DNA of 64,000 nucleotides from an uncultured archaeon (GTDB lineage: Archaea > Iainarchaeota > Iainarchaeia > Iainarchaeales > 1-14-0-10-31-34). Positions within the stretch are counted from its first letter, which is position 1; the number at the start of each line of letters is the position of its first letter. The position numbers and the translations under genes are program-made. Location: contig CAZSOZ010000002.1 of NCBI GenBank assembly GCA_964608675.1, forward strand, positions 96,001 to 160,000, given 5' to 3'. Below, piece after piece: positions 28,267 through 38,615 of the stretch. The notes beneath the pieces were generated by a model. That model searched no databases. It worked only from the letters and a program-made list of their open reading frames with translations, and was not told the DNA's origin.

Positions 28267-29044
28267 AATTATTGCAATAACAAAAAAAGAATTCAAGTTA
28301 AGTATAAGATTCAAGACAGCTTATCTTCTAAACACTTTTGTTAATCCAGTTTTGTCAATTATTCCTTTGTTTATTATTTATTACGGTTTCCTGCATTATG
28401 GGGGCGCAGAAGGACTGGGAGGAATAGATTTAAGCAATTATGTTTCTTTTCTTGTTTTTGGAATAATTGCACAAGCTTTTTTTTATAACGGAGTAAATGC
28501 TTTTTCAGATAAATTCAAAGAAGAAAAATACTGGAAGACAATTGAATCATTGTTTATTGCTCCAATTAATTATCTTTCACTTATAATTGGAGTGGGAATA
28601 AACATTGCATTAAAATTAATTCCCTTGCTTTTTATTTTCATTTTTATTGTTTCCCTTTTTCATTTTGGTTCAATTATAGAAATAATTTTAGTTATTTTAA
28701 TAATGCTTGTAATGCTTGTTTTTTGTCTTGGAATAGGATTAATTTTTGGGTCACTTACTTTGTTTTCAGAAAATTTTGATCCTGTTTTCAGGTATTTTTT
28801 TGCCGGCTGGATTCTATTAAGCTGTTTTGCTTATCCTATTGAAGTCATTCCTGAAAGCATTAGATTTATTGTTGAATTGAATCCTGTTTATGCAGCAGTC
28901 ACTTTCACAAGAACTTTATGGATTAATCAAATTGTTTTATGGAATAATTTTTTGTATGTTTCTGCTTTTGCATTAATTTTTCCTTTAATTGCAGTTTACA
29001 TATTTAAAATTGCATGGAAAAGAATGGAAATACAAGGTTATTAG
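28250..29044 (+). CDS. ABC-2 type permease
   Basis: About 6 TM segments, 'EEK...TIESL...P', 'YP...P.......NP'. Confidence 0.88.
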   Translation: MQWLNEIIAITKKEFKLSIRFKTAYLLNTFVNPVLSIIPLFIIYYGFLHYGGAEGLGGIDLSNYVSFLVFGIIAQAFFYNGVNAFSDKFKEEKYWKTIESLFIAPINYLSLIIGVGINIALKLIPLLFIFIFIVSLFHFGSIIEIILVILIMLVMLVFCLGIGLIFGSLTLFSENFDPVFRYFFAGWILLSCFAYPIEVIPESIRFIVELNPVYAAVTFTRTLWINQIVLWNNFLYVSAFALIFPLIAVYIFKIAWKRMEIQGY

Positions 29045-29679
29045 TTTTTTGAACAAATAAAACTAAAACTGTAAGTGAATTTTTTTGGAAGAATTTTTCC
29101 TATCGGGTTATGAGTGTATTTGTATACTTTTTTTATTTCAAAAAAATCTGAAATAAGCAGGCGCCATTCTTTTAATGAAGCAAGCCTTTCATTTGGCTGG
29201 CATTCTGTCCTCCCCCTTAATTTAAATAAAATGAATTCAGAGTTAGGGACAAAAATATTTATTTTTCCGTTTTTTTTGAGTACTCTTTTCATTTCACTTA
29301 AAGCTTTTTTTATTTCAATAAAATGTTCAAGGCTTCCAAGGCAGGCAACAAAATTAAATGAATTTGATTTAAAAGGAAGTTTTGAAACAGTTCCTAAAAC
29401 AAGTTTTGAAGAACAATTTTTTTTTGCTTGACTGATTGCTTGACTGCTGAAATCAATTCCTGTGCAATCCAAAAATTTTTCTGCTTCCTTTAAAAAAAAT
29501 CCTCCTCCGCAACCTGCATCCAAAAGCTTTTGATTTGATTTTTTTTTGATTTCCAGCCATTCAAGCATCTGCAAATTGTATTCTTTTGATGTTTCAAATG
29601 CCCCGAATTCATAAAACCGTTTATTGTACCATTCAGCTGACTGCAAATCAGATTTAAATTTCATTCTTTCAATCATCAA
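29041..29679 (-). CDS. Class I SAM-dependent methyltransferase
   Basis: LLDAGCGGG, GIDFS, LPF, SLEH, RVLK. Confidence 0.92.
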   Translation of the reverse strand: MMIERMKFKSDLQSAEWYNKRFYEFGAFETSKEYNLQMLEWLEIKKKSNQKLLDAGCGGGFFLKEAEKFLDCTGIDFSSQAISQAKKNCSSKLVLGTVSKLPFKSNSFNFVACLGSLEHFIEIKKALSEMKRVLKKNGKINIFVPNSEFILFKLRGRTECQPNERLASLKEWRLLISDFFEIKKVYKYTHNPIGKILPKKFTYSFSFICSKN

Positions 29680-29729
29680 ATAATAAAAAAAACTAAATAA
29701 TTAAATAACATGCATCAGAATATCATTAG

Positions 29730-30689
29730 ATGAAACCAAAAATTTCTGTTATAATTGGAGAAAAAAATTCACAGGAATTTATTAAAGAATGCATTACTGC
29801 AGTAATGAATCAGGATTTCAAAGACTTTGAATTAATTGTAGTGGATGATTATTCAAATGATTCAACAAAACAAAAAATAAGAGAACTGCAAAAAAAGCAT
29901 TCATTTAAGTTAATTGAATTAAAAAAGCATTCAGGAATAAGCAAAGCAAGAAACACAGGAATAAAAGAAGCATTAGGAGAATTTATTGCTTTTACTGATG
30001 CAGACTGCATTCCTGAAAAAAAATGGCTGAATGAATTAATGAATGGTTTTAATGAAAAAACTGTTTCGGTTGGCGGACCAAATCTTGTTCCAAAACATGG
30101 AGATAAAAACCAAAAAATTTTTGATGAACTTCTTCAATTAATTGCATGCATTGGTTCAAATTATGTAAAGCATTCAGATAAAATAATTGAAACACATCAT
30201 AATCCTTCATGTAATTCAGTTTACAGGAAAAACATTTTAATGAAAATGAACGGCTTTAATGAAAAGCTTTCAAGCAACGAGGATGCTGAACTTGATTTCA
30301 GAATAAAAAAACAGCAAAAAAAAATCAGGTTTAATCCAAAAGCAATTGTATTTCATCACAGAAAAAATTCAATAAAAAAAATTTTTTTTCAGGCTTTTTG
30401 GTTCGGGTTAGGAAGAATGCAGGCAATAAAAATGCATTCTGGAATGGCAGACTGGTTCAGAATAATTCCTTTAATTACAGTAAGTTTTATTGCCCTGCTT
30501 TTTTTTGCAGGAATTTTTTTTGGGTTTCAATTTTTTTTATATTTTTTGACTGCATTATTTTTAGTTTTTGCACTGATTTCTTTTACAGCAGTAATAAAAT
30601 TCAAAAGATTTACAATAAAATATTTTGTTTTTCTTGTTTCATGGTTTTTTGGATACGGATCAGGAATGCTTAAAGGAGTATTTAAATGA
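29730..30689 (+). CDS. GT2 glycosyltransferase
   Basis: VVDD, ARNTG, FTDADC, NEDAEL; C-terminal TM segments. Confidence 0.92.
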   Translation: MKPKISVIIGEKNSQEFIKECITAVMNQDFKDFELIVVDDYSNDSTKQKIRELQKKHSFKLIELKKHSGISKARNTGIKEALGEFIAFTDADCIPEKKWLNELMNGFNEKTVSVGGPNLVPKHGDKNQKIFDELLQLIACIGSNYVKHSDKIIETHHNPSCNSVYRKNILMKMNGFNEKLSSNEDAELDFRIKKQQKKIRFNPKAIVFHHRKNSIKKIFFQAFWFGLGRMQAIKMHSGMADWFRIIPLITVSFIALLFFAGIFFGFQFFLYFLTALFLVFALISFTAVIKFKRFTIKYFVFLVSWFFGYGSGMLKGVFK

Positions 30690-31840
30690 AAATAATGATT
30701 TCCTCTTTGTTTTATAAGAAAAGCTATGGACAAGGGTTATGTGCAGAAAAACTTGCAGAAAAACTTGCAGAAAAAGGACACAAAATAACTGTTTTTCATG
30801 GAGAACAAAAAGAATTCAAAAATAAAAAAAACTTGAAAATACAAAGAATTTCTTCAAGCAAAACAAAAGGAATGAATATTCTTTCTTTTTCATTTAATTT
30901 AAGAAAAAAGCTTGCAGAAAAAAATGATTTTGATGTATTTTATCCTCAGGATTACACGTTTGGTTTAATTGATTTTTCTAAAACAAAAAAAATTGTTTAC
31001 CATGCAAGAGGAACAGTAAAAGGAAATGCCTTAAACAGGCCTGCAGGAGAAACAAAAACTGAATTAATGAGAAAAATTGTTATTCCTTTAATGGAGGAAA
31101 TGGACAAAAAATGCTGTAAAAAAGCTGATACAATTATTGCTGCATCAAACACAATAAAAAAAGAAATAATAAAATTTTATAAAATAAAACCTAAAAAAAT
31201 TGAAGTTGTTTCAGACGGAGTTGACTTAAAAAAATTCAAAAAAACAAAAAAACTTGAAAGAAAAGCAGAGCAGTTAAAAAAAAAACTCATGCTGAAAGAA
31301 AAAAAAATTATTTTGTTTGCAGGAAGGCTTGTTCCTCAAAAAGGAATTCAGTATTTAATTAAAGCAATGCCTTTAATAATAAAAAAATTTCCTGAAGCAA
31401 TCCTTTTGATTGCAGGAAACAATACCAGCCAAAACTACAAAAAAGAACTTAAAAAAGAAATTAAAAAAAACAATCTGAAAAAACAAATAAAATTTTTGGA
31501 TTATGTTGAACAAAAAAAAATGCCTGAATTAATTTGTGCTTCAAATTTAATTGCAAGCCCTTCCACTTATGAACCAATAGGAATAATTAACCTTGAAGCA
31601 ATTGCTTTAAACAAACCAGTAATTATTCCTTCTTCAATCGGTTCAATTGAAACATTAAGGGATTCAGCAGTAATTGTTGATTCAAGAAAACCTGAAGAAA
31701 TATCCCATGCAGTAATAAAAATTTTTTCTTCAAAAAAACTTTATAGAAAACTTTCATCAAAAGGAAGAATTAATGCAAAAAAAGTTGAATGGAAAAAAAT
31801 TGCTTTGAGGATAGAAAAAATTCTGAGGAAAACAAAATGA
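30686..31840 (+). CDS. GT4 glycosyltransferase
   Basis: FAGRLVPQKG, EPIGIINLEA. Confidence 0.92.
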   Translation: MKIMISSLFYKKSYGQGLCAEKLAEKLAEKGHKITVFHGEQKEFKNKKNLKIQRISSSKTKGMNILSFSFNLRKKLAEKNDFDVFYPQDYTFGLIDFSKTKKIVYHARGTVKGNALNRPAGETKTELMRKIVIPLMEEMDKKCCKKADTIIAASNTIKKEIIKFYKIKPKKIEVVSDGVDLKKFKKTKKLERKAEQLKKKLMLKEKKIILFAGRLVPQKGIQYLIKAMPLIIKKFPEAILLIAGNNTSQNYKKELKKEIKKNNLKKQIKFLDYVEQKKMPELICASNLIASPSTYEPIGIINLEAIALNKPVIIPSSIGSIETLRDSAVIVDSRKPEEISHAVIKIFSSKKLYRKLSSKGRINAKKVEWKKIALRIEKILRKTK

Positions 31841-32799
31841 ATGCAAGCATAATTATTCCTGCATTTAATGCAGAAAAAACAATTCAAAAAACAATTAATT
31901 CACTTTTAATTCAGACAGTAAAACCCAAAGAAATAATTGTAGTGAATGACGGGTCAACAGACAAAACAAAATCTATAACAGAAAAGCTTTCAGAAAAAAA
32001 TCATTTAATTAAAATTTTTACAAGAAAAAATTCAGGGATAAGTGCCAGCAGAAATTTTGGAGCCAAAAAAGCAAAAGAAGAATTAATTATTTTTCTTGAT
32101 TCAGATGTATTTGTTGAAAAAGAATGGCTTGAAAAACTTTTGATTCCTTTAAAAAAACCTGAAGTTTTCGGGGTATGCGGAAAATATTCCTCTGAATTAA
32201 ATAAAAGCCTTGGCTCAGATTTTTTTTCATATATTATAAGCAGTTCTTCTTTTCAGGGATACAATATTGCATTCAAAAAAAAAGATTTTTTGGAATTAAA
32301 CGGCTTTAATGAAAAAATGAAGTACTGCGAAGACCCGGAATTTTTTTTAAGGGTATTCCTTAAAGGAAAAAAATTAACAAAAACCAAAGCAGAAAGCTTT
32401 CATAACAGTTATTCTTTAAAGGAAAGAATTAAATCAAACTTTAATTATTCTTTTTTTGATGCAGTTGTATTCAAAAAATATTTTTCTTTTTTGCTGAATC
32501 CCATTAATTTAATTAAGGCTCCTGAAAACATTAAAATGATTTTTTTGTTTTACTGGATTGTTTTTTTTTCCATTGTTTTTTCTTTTACTTTTTTTTTGAT
32601 TACACAAAACATTTATTCTTTTATTTTTCTTTTACTGCCTGCTTATCTTGGAACAATGAAAATCCTGCTTCAAAAAAATACTTGCAGACACAAAAACAAT
32701 TTTTTGCTGGTTTTAATTTACTCTTTTTTTGCGATTAGTTTATTTACAGCAGTGAAAACAGCTGGATTTATTTTTGGGTTAATTCAAAATAAAGTTTAA
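31837..32799 (+). CDS. GT2 glycosyltransferase
   Basis: IIPAFN, VNDGSTD, SRNFG, FLDSD, CED; TM tail. Confidence 0.9.
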   Translation: MNASIIIPAFNAEKTIQKTINSLLIQTVKPKEIIVVNDGSTDKTKSITEKLSEKNHLIKIFTRKNSGISASRNFGAKKAKEELIIFLDSDVFVEKEWLEKLLIPLKKPEVFGVCGKYSSELNKSLGSDFFSYIISSSSFQGYNIAFKKKDFLELNGFNEKMKYCEDPEFFLRVFLKGKKLTKTKAESFHNSYSLKERIKSNFNYSFFDAVVFKKYFSFLLNPINLIKAPENIKMIFLFYWIVFFSIVFSFTFFLITQNIYSFIFLLLPAYLGTMKILLQKNTCRHKNNFLLVLIYSFFAISLFTAVKTAGFIFGLIQNKV

Positions 32800-33853
32800 T
32801 ATGAGAATCAGAGACTGAATTCAAAGAATATTTTTTTTTTGCAAGATTTAGCCCGTTTTGTCCGAACTTGTTTCTTAATTTTTTATCCAGTAAAAGATTT
32901 AAAGCAACTGTTAGTTCATCAGTTCTTTTTGGAGGAACAATAAAACCATTAAATCCATCAGCAATCACTTCTTTTATTCCCCCCACTGAAGTTCCAATCA
33001 CTGGTTTTCCGCATGCCATTGCTTCAATTAAAACCAATCCAAAGGCTTCAGATGCAAGAGAAGGCAGAACAAGCAAATCACTTGAATTTAGTGCATCAAC
33101 TACTTCTTTTTCCTTTAGATTTCCGGCAAAAACCACTTTTTCTGAAACGCCTAATTTGTCAGCAATAGATGCATAATATTTGTATGTTGTATCCAAAAAA
33201 GCAGGATTTTCTTTTCCAACAACAAGAATTTTCTTATCTTCAGTGTTTATTTCTTTAAATGCATTAAATAAATACGGCAGTCCTTTATTTGAAGCAAGCC
33301 TTCCTAAAAACAAAACAACAAAAGTTTTATTTTGAACGCCAAACTTTTTTCTTGTCTTTAATTCTTTTTTTGGAAGAGGCTTGAAAATGCTTGTGTCAAC
33401 TGAATCAGGAATTAATTCTATTCTTTTAAAACCTAATTTTGTTAAAATTTTTTTTTCTCTTGAAGTTAATGCAATCACTTTATTGAAAAACATTAATTTG
33501 TGCAAAAAAAAATTTATTTTTTCTTTCAAAAGTGAAGGATTATAATCAAAATGAGGAGTTATAATACTGGGAATTTTCATCAGCCTGCAGACAAGCCATG
33601 GAAAAAAATTTATTGATCTGAAACCATGAAAATGAACTATTTCAGGTTTTAATTTAATTAACTTTAATGCAGTTTTTATTCCCAAAGAAAAACCTTTTGA
33701 ATTTGATTCAAACAGGTTTTTAGTTAATCCGTTTTGGTTTAAAACAAAAACAGCATGGCCTTTGGAAGAAAAAATTTTGCGAAAGTTTTCAATTACTTTT
33801 TCTATTCCGCCGGCATTAGATGGATATTGTTTGGTAATAAAAGCTATTTTCAT
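32768..33853 (-). CDS. GT4 glycosyltransferase
   Basis: FLGRLASNKG, EAFGLVLIEAMACGKP. Confidence 0.93.
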   Translation of the reverse strand: MKIAFITKQYPSNAGGIEKVIENFRKIFSSKGHAVFVLNQNGLTKNLFESNSKGFSLGIKTALKLIKLKPEIVHFHGFRSINFFPWLVCRLMKIPSIITPHFDYNPSLLKEKINFFLHKLMFFNKVIALTSREKKILTKLGFKRIELIPDSVDTSIFKPLPKKELKTRKKFGVQNKTFVVLFLGRLASNKGLPYLFNAFKEINTEDKKILVVGKENPAFLDTTYKYYASIADKLGVSEKVVFAGNLKEKEVVDALNSSDLLVLPSLASEAFGLVLIEAMACGKPVIGTSVGGIKEVIADGFNGFIVPPKRTDELTVALNLLLDKKLRNKFGQNGLNLAKKKYSLNSVSDSHIKLYFELTQK

Positions 33854-35052
33854 TTTAACACTTTTTTATATACTTCAATTATTTTGTCTGAAATTGTATT
33901 CCAGTTTAATTCTTCTTTGGTTTTTTTTAGCGCATTAAAGGAAATTTTTTTGTATACTTCAGGTTCATCAAAAAGAAGCAGGATTTTTTTTTCCAGTTCT
34001 TTTGAGTTTCCTGTTTCAAATAAAAATCCGTCAGTTTTGTCTTTAATTAAATCAGGAAAACCGCCAGTATTTGATGCAATAACCGGTTTGCCTGAAGACA
34101 TTGCTTCTGTTGCAATTGAAGAACAGGGTTCAGGCCACAAAGAAGGAATTACAATTACATCAGAAAAAGGAATGAAGACTTCTCTGACTTTTTTGTTTGG
34201 CACCCTGTAAAAAAATTTAATGTCTTTTAGATTGTTTTCATAAATAAATTCTTTTAATTCCTGAAAATAGTTTTTGTCTGCATAACTGTAAACAAAAATG
34301 AATTCAGCATCAATGTTTTTTGCTGTTTTCAAAAGAATTTTTGCTCCTTTTTCTGGAATCAAAGAACCAACAAAAAGCACTTTCTTTTTAAGTGAATGAA
34401 AATTGAATTCAAGCAGGCCTTTTTTGTCTGGAGAAAAATCTTTTGAAGCAACATTTGGAATAACAAAAACTTGTTTTTGTTTTTTAAGTTTAATTGAATT
34501 TTTGACATCATTGCTTACTGCAATTAATGCACTGCATTTTTTTGCTGTATTCTGTAAAATCTTTCTTTTTGTTTTTAAAAGAAAACTGTTTGAATCCAGA
34601 CATTCAGCGCATTTTTTTATATCATAATCAAAGCAAATTTTGTTCTGATAATATCGTCTTCCTTTAATGCAGTTAATCCAGTTTCCATGAACAGTTAAAA
34701 CAATCGGAATCTTAAAGAGCTTTAAAGGCATAACTGAAAGCAAAGAAAAAGGCCCATGAACATGAATTAAATCATATTTTTTTTTAAAATGAAGATTTAA
34801 TGCTTTAAAAAAAAAAGGCAGAACAAGATTTTTTCCTTTAAATGAAAGTTCCTGTTGTTTTTTTATTCCTGCATTAATTCTAAAAACTTTGATTGAATCA
34901 ATTGATTCAAAAGACTCTGCTTGCCCTATTTTTGCAGTGAGTATATCCACTGAATGTCCTTTTTCTTTGAGTTGTTTTGATAAATTTAATACATGCTGTT
35001 CTATTCCCCCCAAAGAAGGAAAAAAAGCAGGCGTTATTTGAAGTATTTTCAT
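33850..35052 (-). CDS. GT4 glycosyltransferase with 4-Cys insert
   Basis: GGIE, EKG, PSLWPEPCSSIATEAM; C-x11-C-x7-CxxC segment. Confidence 0.92.
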   Translation of the reverse strand: MKILQITPAFFPSLGGIEQHVLNLSKQLKEKGHSVDILTAKIGQAESFESIDSIKVFRINAGIKKQQELSFKGKNLVLPFFFKALNLHFKKKYDLIHVHGPFSLLSVMPLKLFKIPIVLTVHGNWINCIKGRRYYQNKICFDYDIKKCAECLDSNSFLLKTKRKILQNTAKKCSALIAVSNDVKNSIKLKKQKQVFVIPNVASKDFSPDKKGLLEFNFHSLKKKVLFVGSLIPEKGAKILLKTAKNIDAEFIFVYSYADKNYFQELKEFIYENNLKDIKFFYRVPNKKVREVFIPFSDVIVIPSLWPEPCSSIATEAMSSGKPVIASNTGGFPDLIKDKTDGFLFETGNSKELEKKILLLFDEPEVYKKISFNALKKTKEELNWNTISDKIIEVYKKVLK

Positions 35053-35738
35053 TTTATTTTCCTCGCTTTAATTATTATGCTTAAAGATAAAGAAGGAAAA
35101 AAATCCGCTAAAATGCTTTCGGTTTTATAAAGCAAAGGAAATTCTATTTTATCGCTTATTCTTAAGAGTTCTGAAGTCTTTTTTTCTATTTTGAAATTGT
35201 TTTCTTTTAATTGTTTTTCCAGCAACTCAAAAGTGTAAGCCCTAATATGACCTCCGCTTTTAAAGTAATCCAAATTTAAAGGCTTTTTTCCTGACAATAA
35301 AAGAATTCTGTTGCCAAGCCATGCAGTGTTTGGAGTCGAAATTACAAGGAAGCCTTCAGGTTTAAGGATTCTGTTTAATTCTGAAACAAAAAAATCTGTG
35401 TCAAAAATGTGTTCAATTATTTCTCCCGCAAAAACTGCATCAAAAGAATTGTCTTTTAAAGGAAAAGATTTTTCAAAATCAAATTTAATGCAGTTGATTC
35501 CTTTTTTTTTTGCATGAATTAAAGCGCTTGAAATATCTGCTCCAAAAACATTCCAGCCTTTTTTTTTTAATTCAAAAGAAAATTCTCCTTTAAGGCACCC
35601 TAAATCAAGTATTTTTCCTTTTTTTTCTTTGTTAATTATTTTAAAGATTTTTTTAAGCCGTTCATTTTTATATAAGTTAACAGGCAAATTTGAATATCTT
35701 TCTCCCTGAAACTCTGAAATTGATTCATTTTTTTTCAT
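35049..35738 (-). CDS. Class I SAM-dependent methyltransferase
   Basis: ILDLGCLKG, FD, GEIIEHI, RILKPEG, STPN. Confidence 0.92.
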   Translation of the reverse strand: MKKNESISEFQGERYSNLPVNLYKNERLKKIFKIINKEKKGKILDLGCLKGEFSFELKKKGWNVFGADISSALIHAKKKGINCIKFDFEKSFPLKDNSFDAVFAGEIIEHIFDTDFFVSELNRILKPEGFLVISTPNTAWLGNRILLLSGKKPLNLDYFKSGGHIRAYTFELLEKQLKENNFKIEKKTSELLRISDKIEFPLLYKTESILADFFPSLSLSIIIKARKIK

Positions 35739-36840
35739 TTATTAATTCCTCAAAAAAATCAACGTATTTTTTTGTTATGTTTGTCCATAAAAATTCTCTT
35801 TTAATCTTTTTAAATCCATTTAATCCCATTTCCTGTGCTTTTTCAGGATTATTTAAAACAAATTTAATTGCTTTAGTTAATTCCATCAGGTTTTCCGGCT
35901 GAACTTTTATTCCGACTGAATCATCAACTATTTCCTTTAAGCCCCCTGTATTTGATACAATAACAGGTTTTTTGCAGGCCATGGCTTCTAAAGTTGAAAC
36001 AGAAATAGGCTCAAATAACGAAGGCAAAACATAAACAGTGCAGGCATTAAGCAGAGCTTTTTTTTCTTTTTCTTGAACCCATCCCAAAAATTTTATTTTA
36101 TCTGAAAGATTTTTTTTTCTGATGAATTCCTTTAATTTTTTTTCTAAAGGGCCTTTTCCTGCAATCAAAAAAATACAGTTTTCTTTTTTTAGTTTTTCTG
36201 CTGTTTTTGCAAAAAGCAAAGGATTTTTTTGCAGTTCAATTCTTGCAAGAAACAAAACAATTTTTTGCGGAAACCTTTTTTTTATTTTTTTTATTTCTTT
36301 TTCTTCTGCAGTAAAATTTTCAAGATAAACTCCGTTATGAATTACCGTGCATTTTGCATTTATTTTGTTTTTTATTTTTTCTTTTTCCTGATGATTAAGA
36401 AAAATAATTCCGTCTGCTTTATTCATTCCTGTTCTCTGAAAGAAGGCATCAACCATTAATGCAAGTTTTGATTGTTTTGCAGTCCATGAAGTAAATTTTT
36501 TTCTTTCCAAAAAATTGTCATGAATTACTGCTATTTTTGGAATGCTCCATTTATTAATAAAAAAAATGGATTCAGCCATTGAAGACAAAACAACATCAAA
36601 TTTTTTTGGTTTAATCTGGCTGTAAACTGCTTTTCCAAACAAAAACCGATTAATGAAACCAAAAGGATAATCAATAAAATGAAATTGATTTACTTTAATG
36701 CAGTTAAAGTCAAGAAATTTTCCTGAAAGGTTTGCAACAGTTATTTGATGGCCTTTTTTTTTTAATTCCTGTATTAATTCATAATAAGCCGGCGAAACAA
36801 TTTCTTCAAAGTTTTCTCTGATTAAATAAAGAATTTTCAT
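35725..36840 (-). CDS. GT4 glycosyltransferase
   Basis: FLARIELQK, EPISVSTLEAMAC. Confidence 0.92.
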   Translation of the reverse strand: MKILYLIRENFEEIVSPAYYELIQELKKKGHQITVANLSGKFLDFNCIKVNQFHFIDYPFGFINRFLFGKAVYSQIKPKKFDVVLSSMAESIFFINKWSIPKIAVIHDNFLERKKFTSWTAKQSKLALMVDAFFQRTGMNKADGIIFLNHQEKEKIKNKINAKCTVIHNGVYLENFTAEEKEIKKIKKRFPQKIVLFLARIELQKNPLLFAKTAEKLKKENCIFLIAGKGPLEKKLKEFIRKKNLSDKIKFLGWVQEKEKKALLNACTVYVLPSLFEPISVSTLEAMACKKPVIVSNTGGLKEIVDDSVGIKVQPENLMELTKAIKFVLNNPEKAQEMGLNGFKKIKREFLWTNITKKYVDFFEELINEKK

Positions 36841-37740
36841 TTATTTTTTCCCTTCAATTTTATCGACAACTTTTTTTAATCCTTCTTCAAGAGAAGTGTT
36901 GCAGGTAAAACCAATTAATTCCTGCAGGTAAGACGAAGAAAAAGGAATTCTTTCTGTTTCAAGTTCATTTAATCCCGAAGGAAATTCATCTTTCAATATT
37001 TCAGATTTAGAGCCTGTTATTTTTTTAATTAATTTTGCTAATTCAAGAATACTGGTTTTTTTTCCTGTTCCTATATTAACTGATTTAGAATAAGTGTTCT
37101 CAGAAAACGCACTTAAAATTGTTGCTTTTGATACATCTCCCACATAAGTAAAATCTCTTTCTTGTTTTCCGTTTCCAAAAAAAACCAAAGGAGCACCTTC
37201 AACTGCATTGCGAACAAAATAAGGAACAACCATTTCATGAGACTGGTTTTCACCGTAAACATTATAATATCTTACAATAGTATACCCTAATCCATTTTCT
37301 TTATGAAATTCTTTGATAAAATATTCCCCCATTAATTTTGCTGCTGGATAAGAAAAATAATGATTTAAAGCAGGTTTTGAAAAAGTGAAATTCTGCTTGA
37401 ATTTTTCGCTTAACATGCTTGTGGAAGAATAAACCACTCTTTTAACGTTGTTTTTCAAAGAATAATTCAGAATATTATAAAGCCCGTTTAATTCTGTGTG
37501 TATTACTTTAATTGGATTGCCTGTATTATACGTTCCTCCTCCAATTGAAGCAAAATGAAAAACAAAATCAAATTTGCCTATTGAATCAACCCAGTTTTTT
37601 TCTGTTATATCATATGCCAGAGAATCAAAATTCCTGTTTTCAGTTAAATCAAGCAATACAACTTTGTGTTCTTTTGATAAATCAAAGGCAACTCTTTCTC
37701 CAATTAAACCATTGCCGCCGGTAATAAGAATTTTATGCAT
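36841..37740 (-). CDS. NAD-dependent epimerase/dehydratase (extended SDR)
   Basis: ITGGNGLIG, YSST, YPAAK, RYYNVYG, RDFTYVGD. Confidence 0.92.
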   Translation of the reverse strand: MHKILITGGNGLIGERVAFDLSKEHKVVLLDLTENRNFDSLAYDITEKNWVDSIGKFDFVFHFASIGGGTYNTGNPIKVIHTELNGLYNILNYSLKNNVKRVVYSSTSMLSEKFKQNFTFSKPALNHYFSYPAAKLMGEYFIKEFHKENGLGYTIVRYYNVYGENQSHEMVVPYFVRNAVEGAPLVFFGNGKQERDFTYVGDVSKATILSAFSENTYSKSVNIGTGKKTSILELAKLIKKITGSKSEILKDEFPSGLNELETERIPFSSSYLQELIGFTCNTSLEEGLKKVVDKIEGKK

Positions 37741-37748
37741 TCAAATAA

Positions 37749-38615
37749 TTACCTCATAAAATCAATAAAAGCCTTTCTTGTTCCTGAAATTCTCCCCAAA
37801 AAAATAAGAAAAGATTCATGCACAAATTTCCTGAAAAAAATTTTTTTATTTAAAAAATGCACAAAAAAAATTTTAATATCATAAAACATTAAAGGCAAAT
37901 CTTTTAATACAAGCAAAGGAAAAGAAAAAAAACCGTAATTTTTTAAAACAAAATAATACTTGAATTTCCCGAATTCAAACAAGTTTCCAAACCTTAAATT
38001 GCTTTTAATAAAATGATGAACAATTGCATCAGGATTCACATTAATTTTATATCCTGCCCTGTTTAATCTTAAAGACAAATCAATTTCATCAAAATAAAAA
38101 GAAAAATTTTCATCAAAACCATTCACTGCATCCAAAGCTTTTTTTGAAAAAGCCATATTGCATCCATGAACAACAGTAAAATCATTTTTTTTAAGTTCAG
38201 TAGGATTAACTTTAATTAAACCGTAATTATTGCAGGCCCACAAAATATTTTCTTCGGTTTTGCCGGCAAAATATTCAATGCTTTTTCCTGAAACTGCGCC
38301 TATTTCATCAGAAACAAAACCCGAAACCATTTCTTCAATCCAGTTTTTTTCTGCTTTTGCGTCATCATCAATAAAAGCAATGATTTTTCCTTTTGAATTC
38401 TTTATTCCAGTGTTTCTTGCTGAAGCCAGACCTTTATGTTTTTGTTCAATTAATTTGAATCCGTTTGGTTCAAAGTTTATTTTTCCGCCGTCGTTGACTA
38501 CAATTAATTCAAAAAAAGGATAAGAAGAATTCAAAACAGATTCGATTGCTTTATGAATTCGTCTTTTGCCGACAGCGGGTATTATCACAGAAACAAAAGG
38601 TTTACTTGAATTCAT
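37749..38615 (-). CDS. GT2 glycosyltransferase
   Basis: VSVIIP, VNDG, ARNTG, FIDDD, GCNMAF, GFDE. Confidence 0.92.
   Translation of the reverse strand: MNSSKPFVSVIIPAVGKRRIHKAIESVLNSSYPFFELIVVNDGGKINFEPNGFKLIEQKHKGLASARNTGIKNSKGKIIAFIDDDAKAEKNWIEEMVSGFVSDEIGAVSGKSIEYFAGKTEENILWACNNYGLIKVNPTELKKNDFTVVHGCNMAFSKKALDAVNGFDENFSFYFDEIDLSLRLNRAGYKINVNPDAIVHHFIKSNLRFGNLFEFGKFKYYFVLKNYGFFSFPLLVLKDLPLMFYDIKIFFVHFLNKKIFFRKFVHESFLIFLGRISGTRKAFIDFMR

Noticed and set aside
30743-30775. 12-bp tandem repeat GCAGAAAAACTT (AEKL, about 2.7 copies)
   Set aside because: An in-frame micro-repeat within a normal GT4 helix; it would not act as a phase-variation switch.
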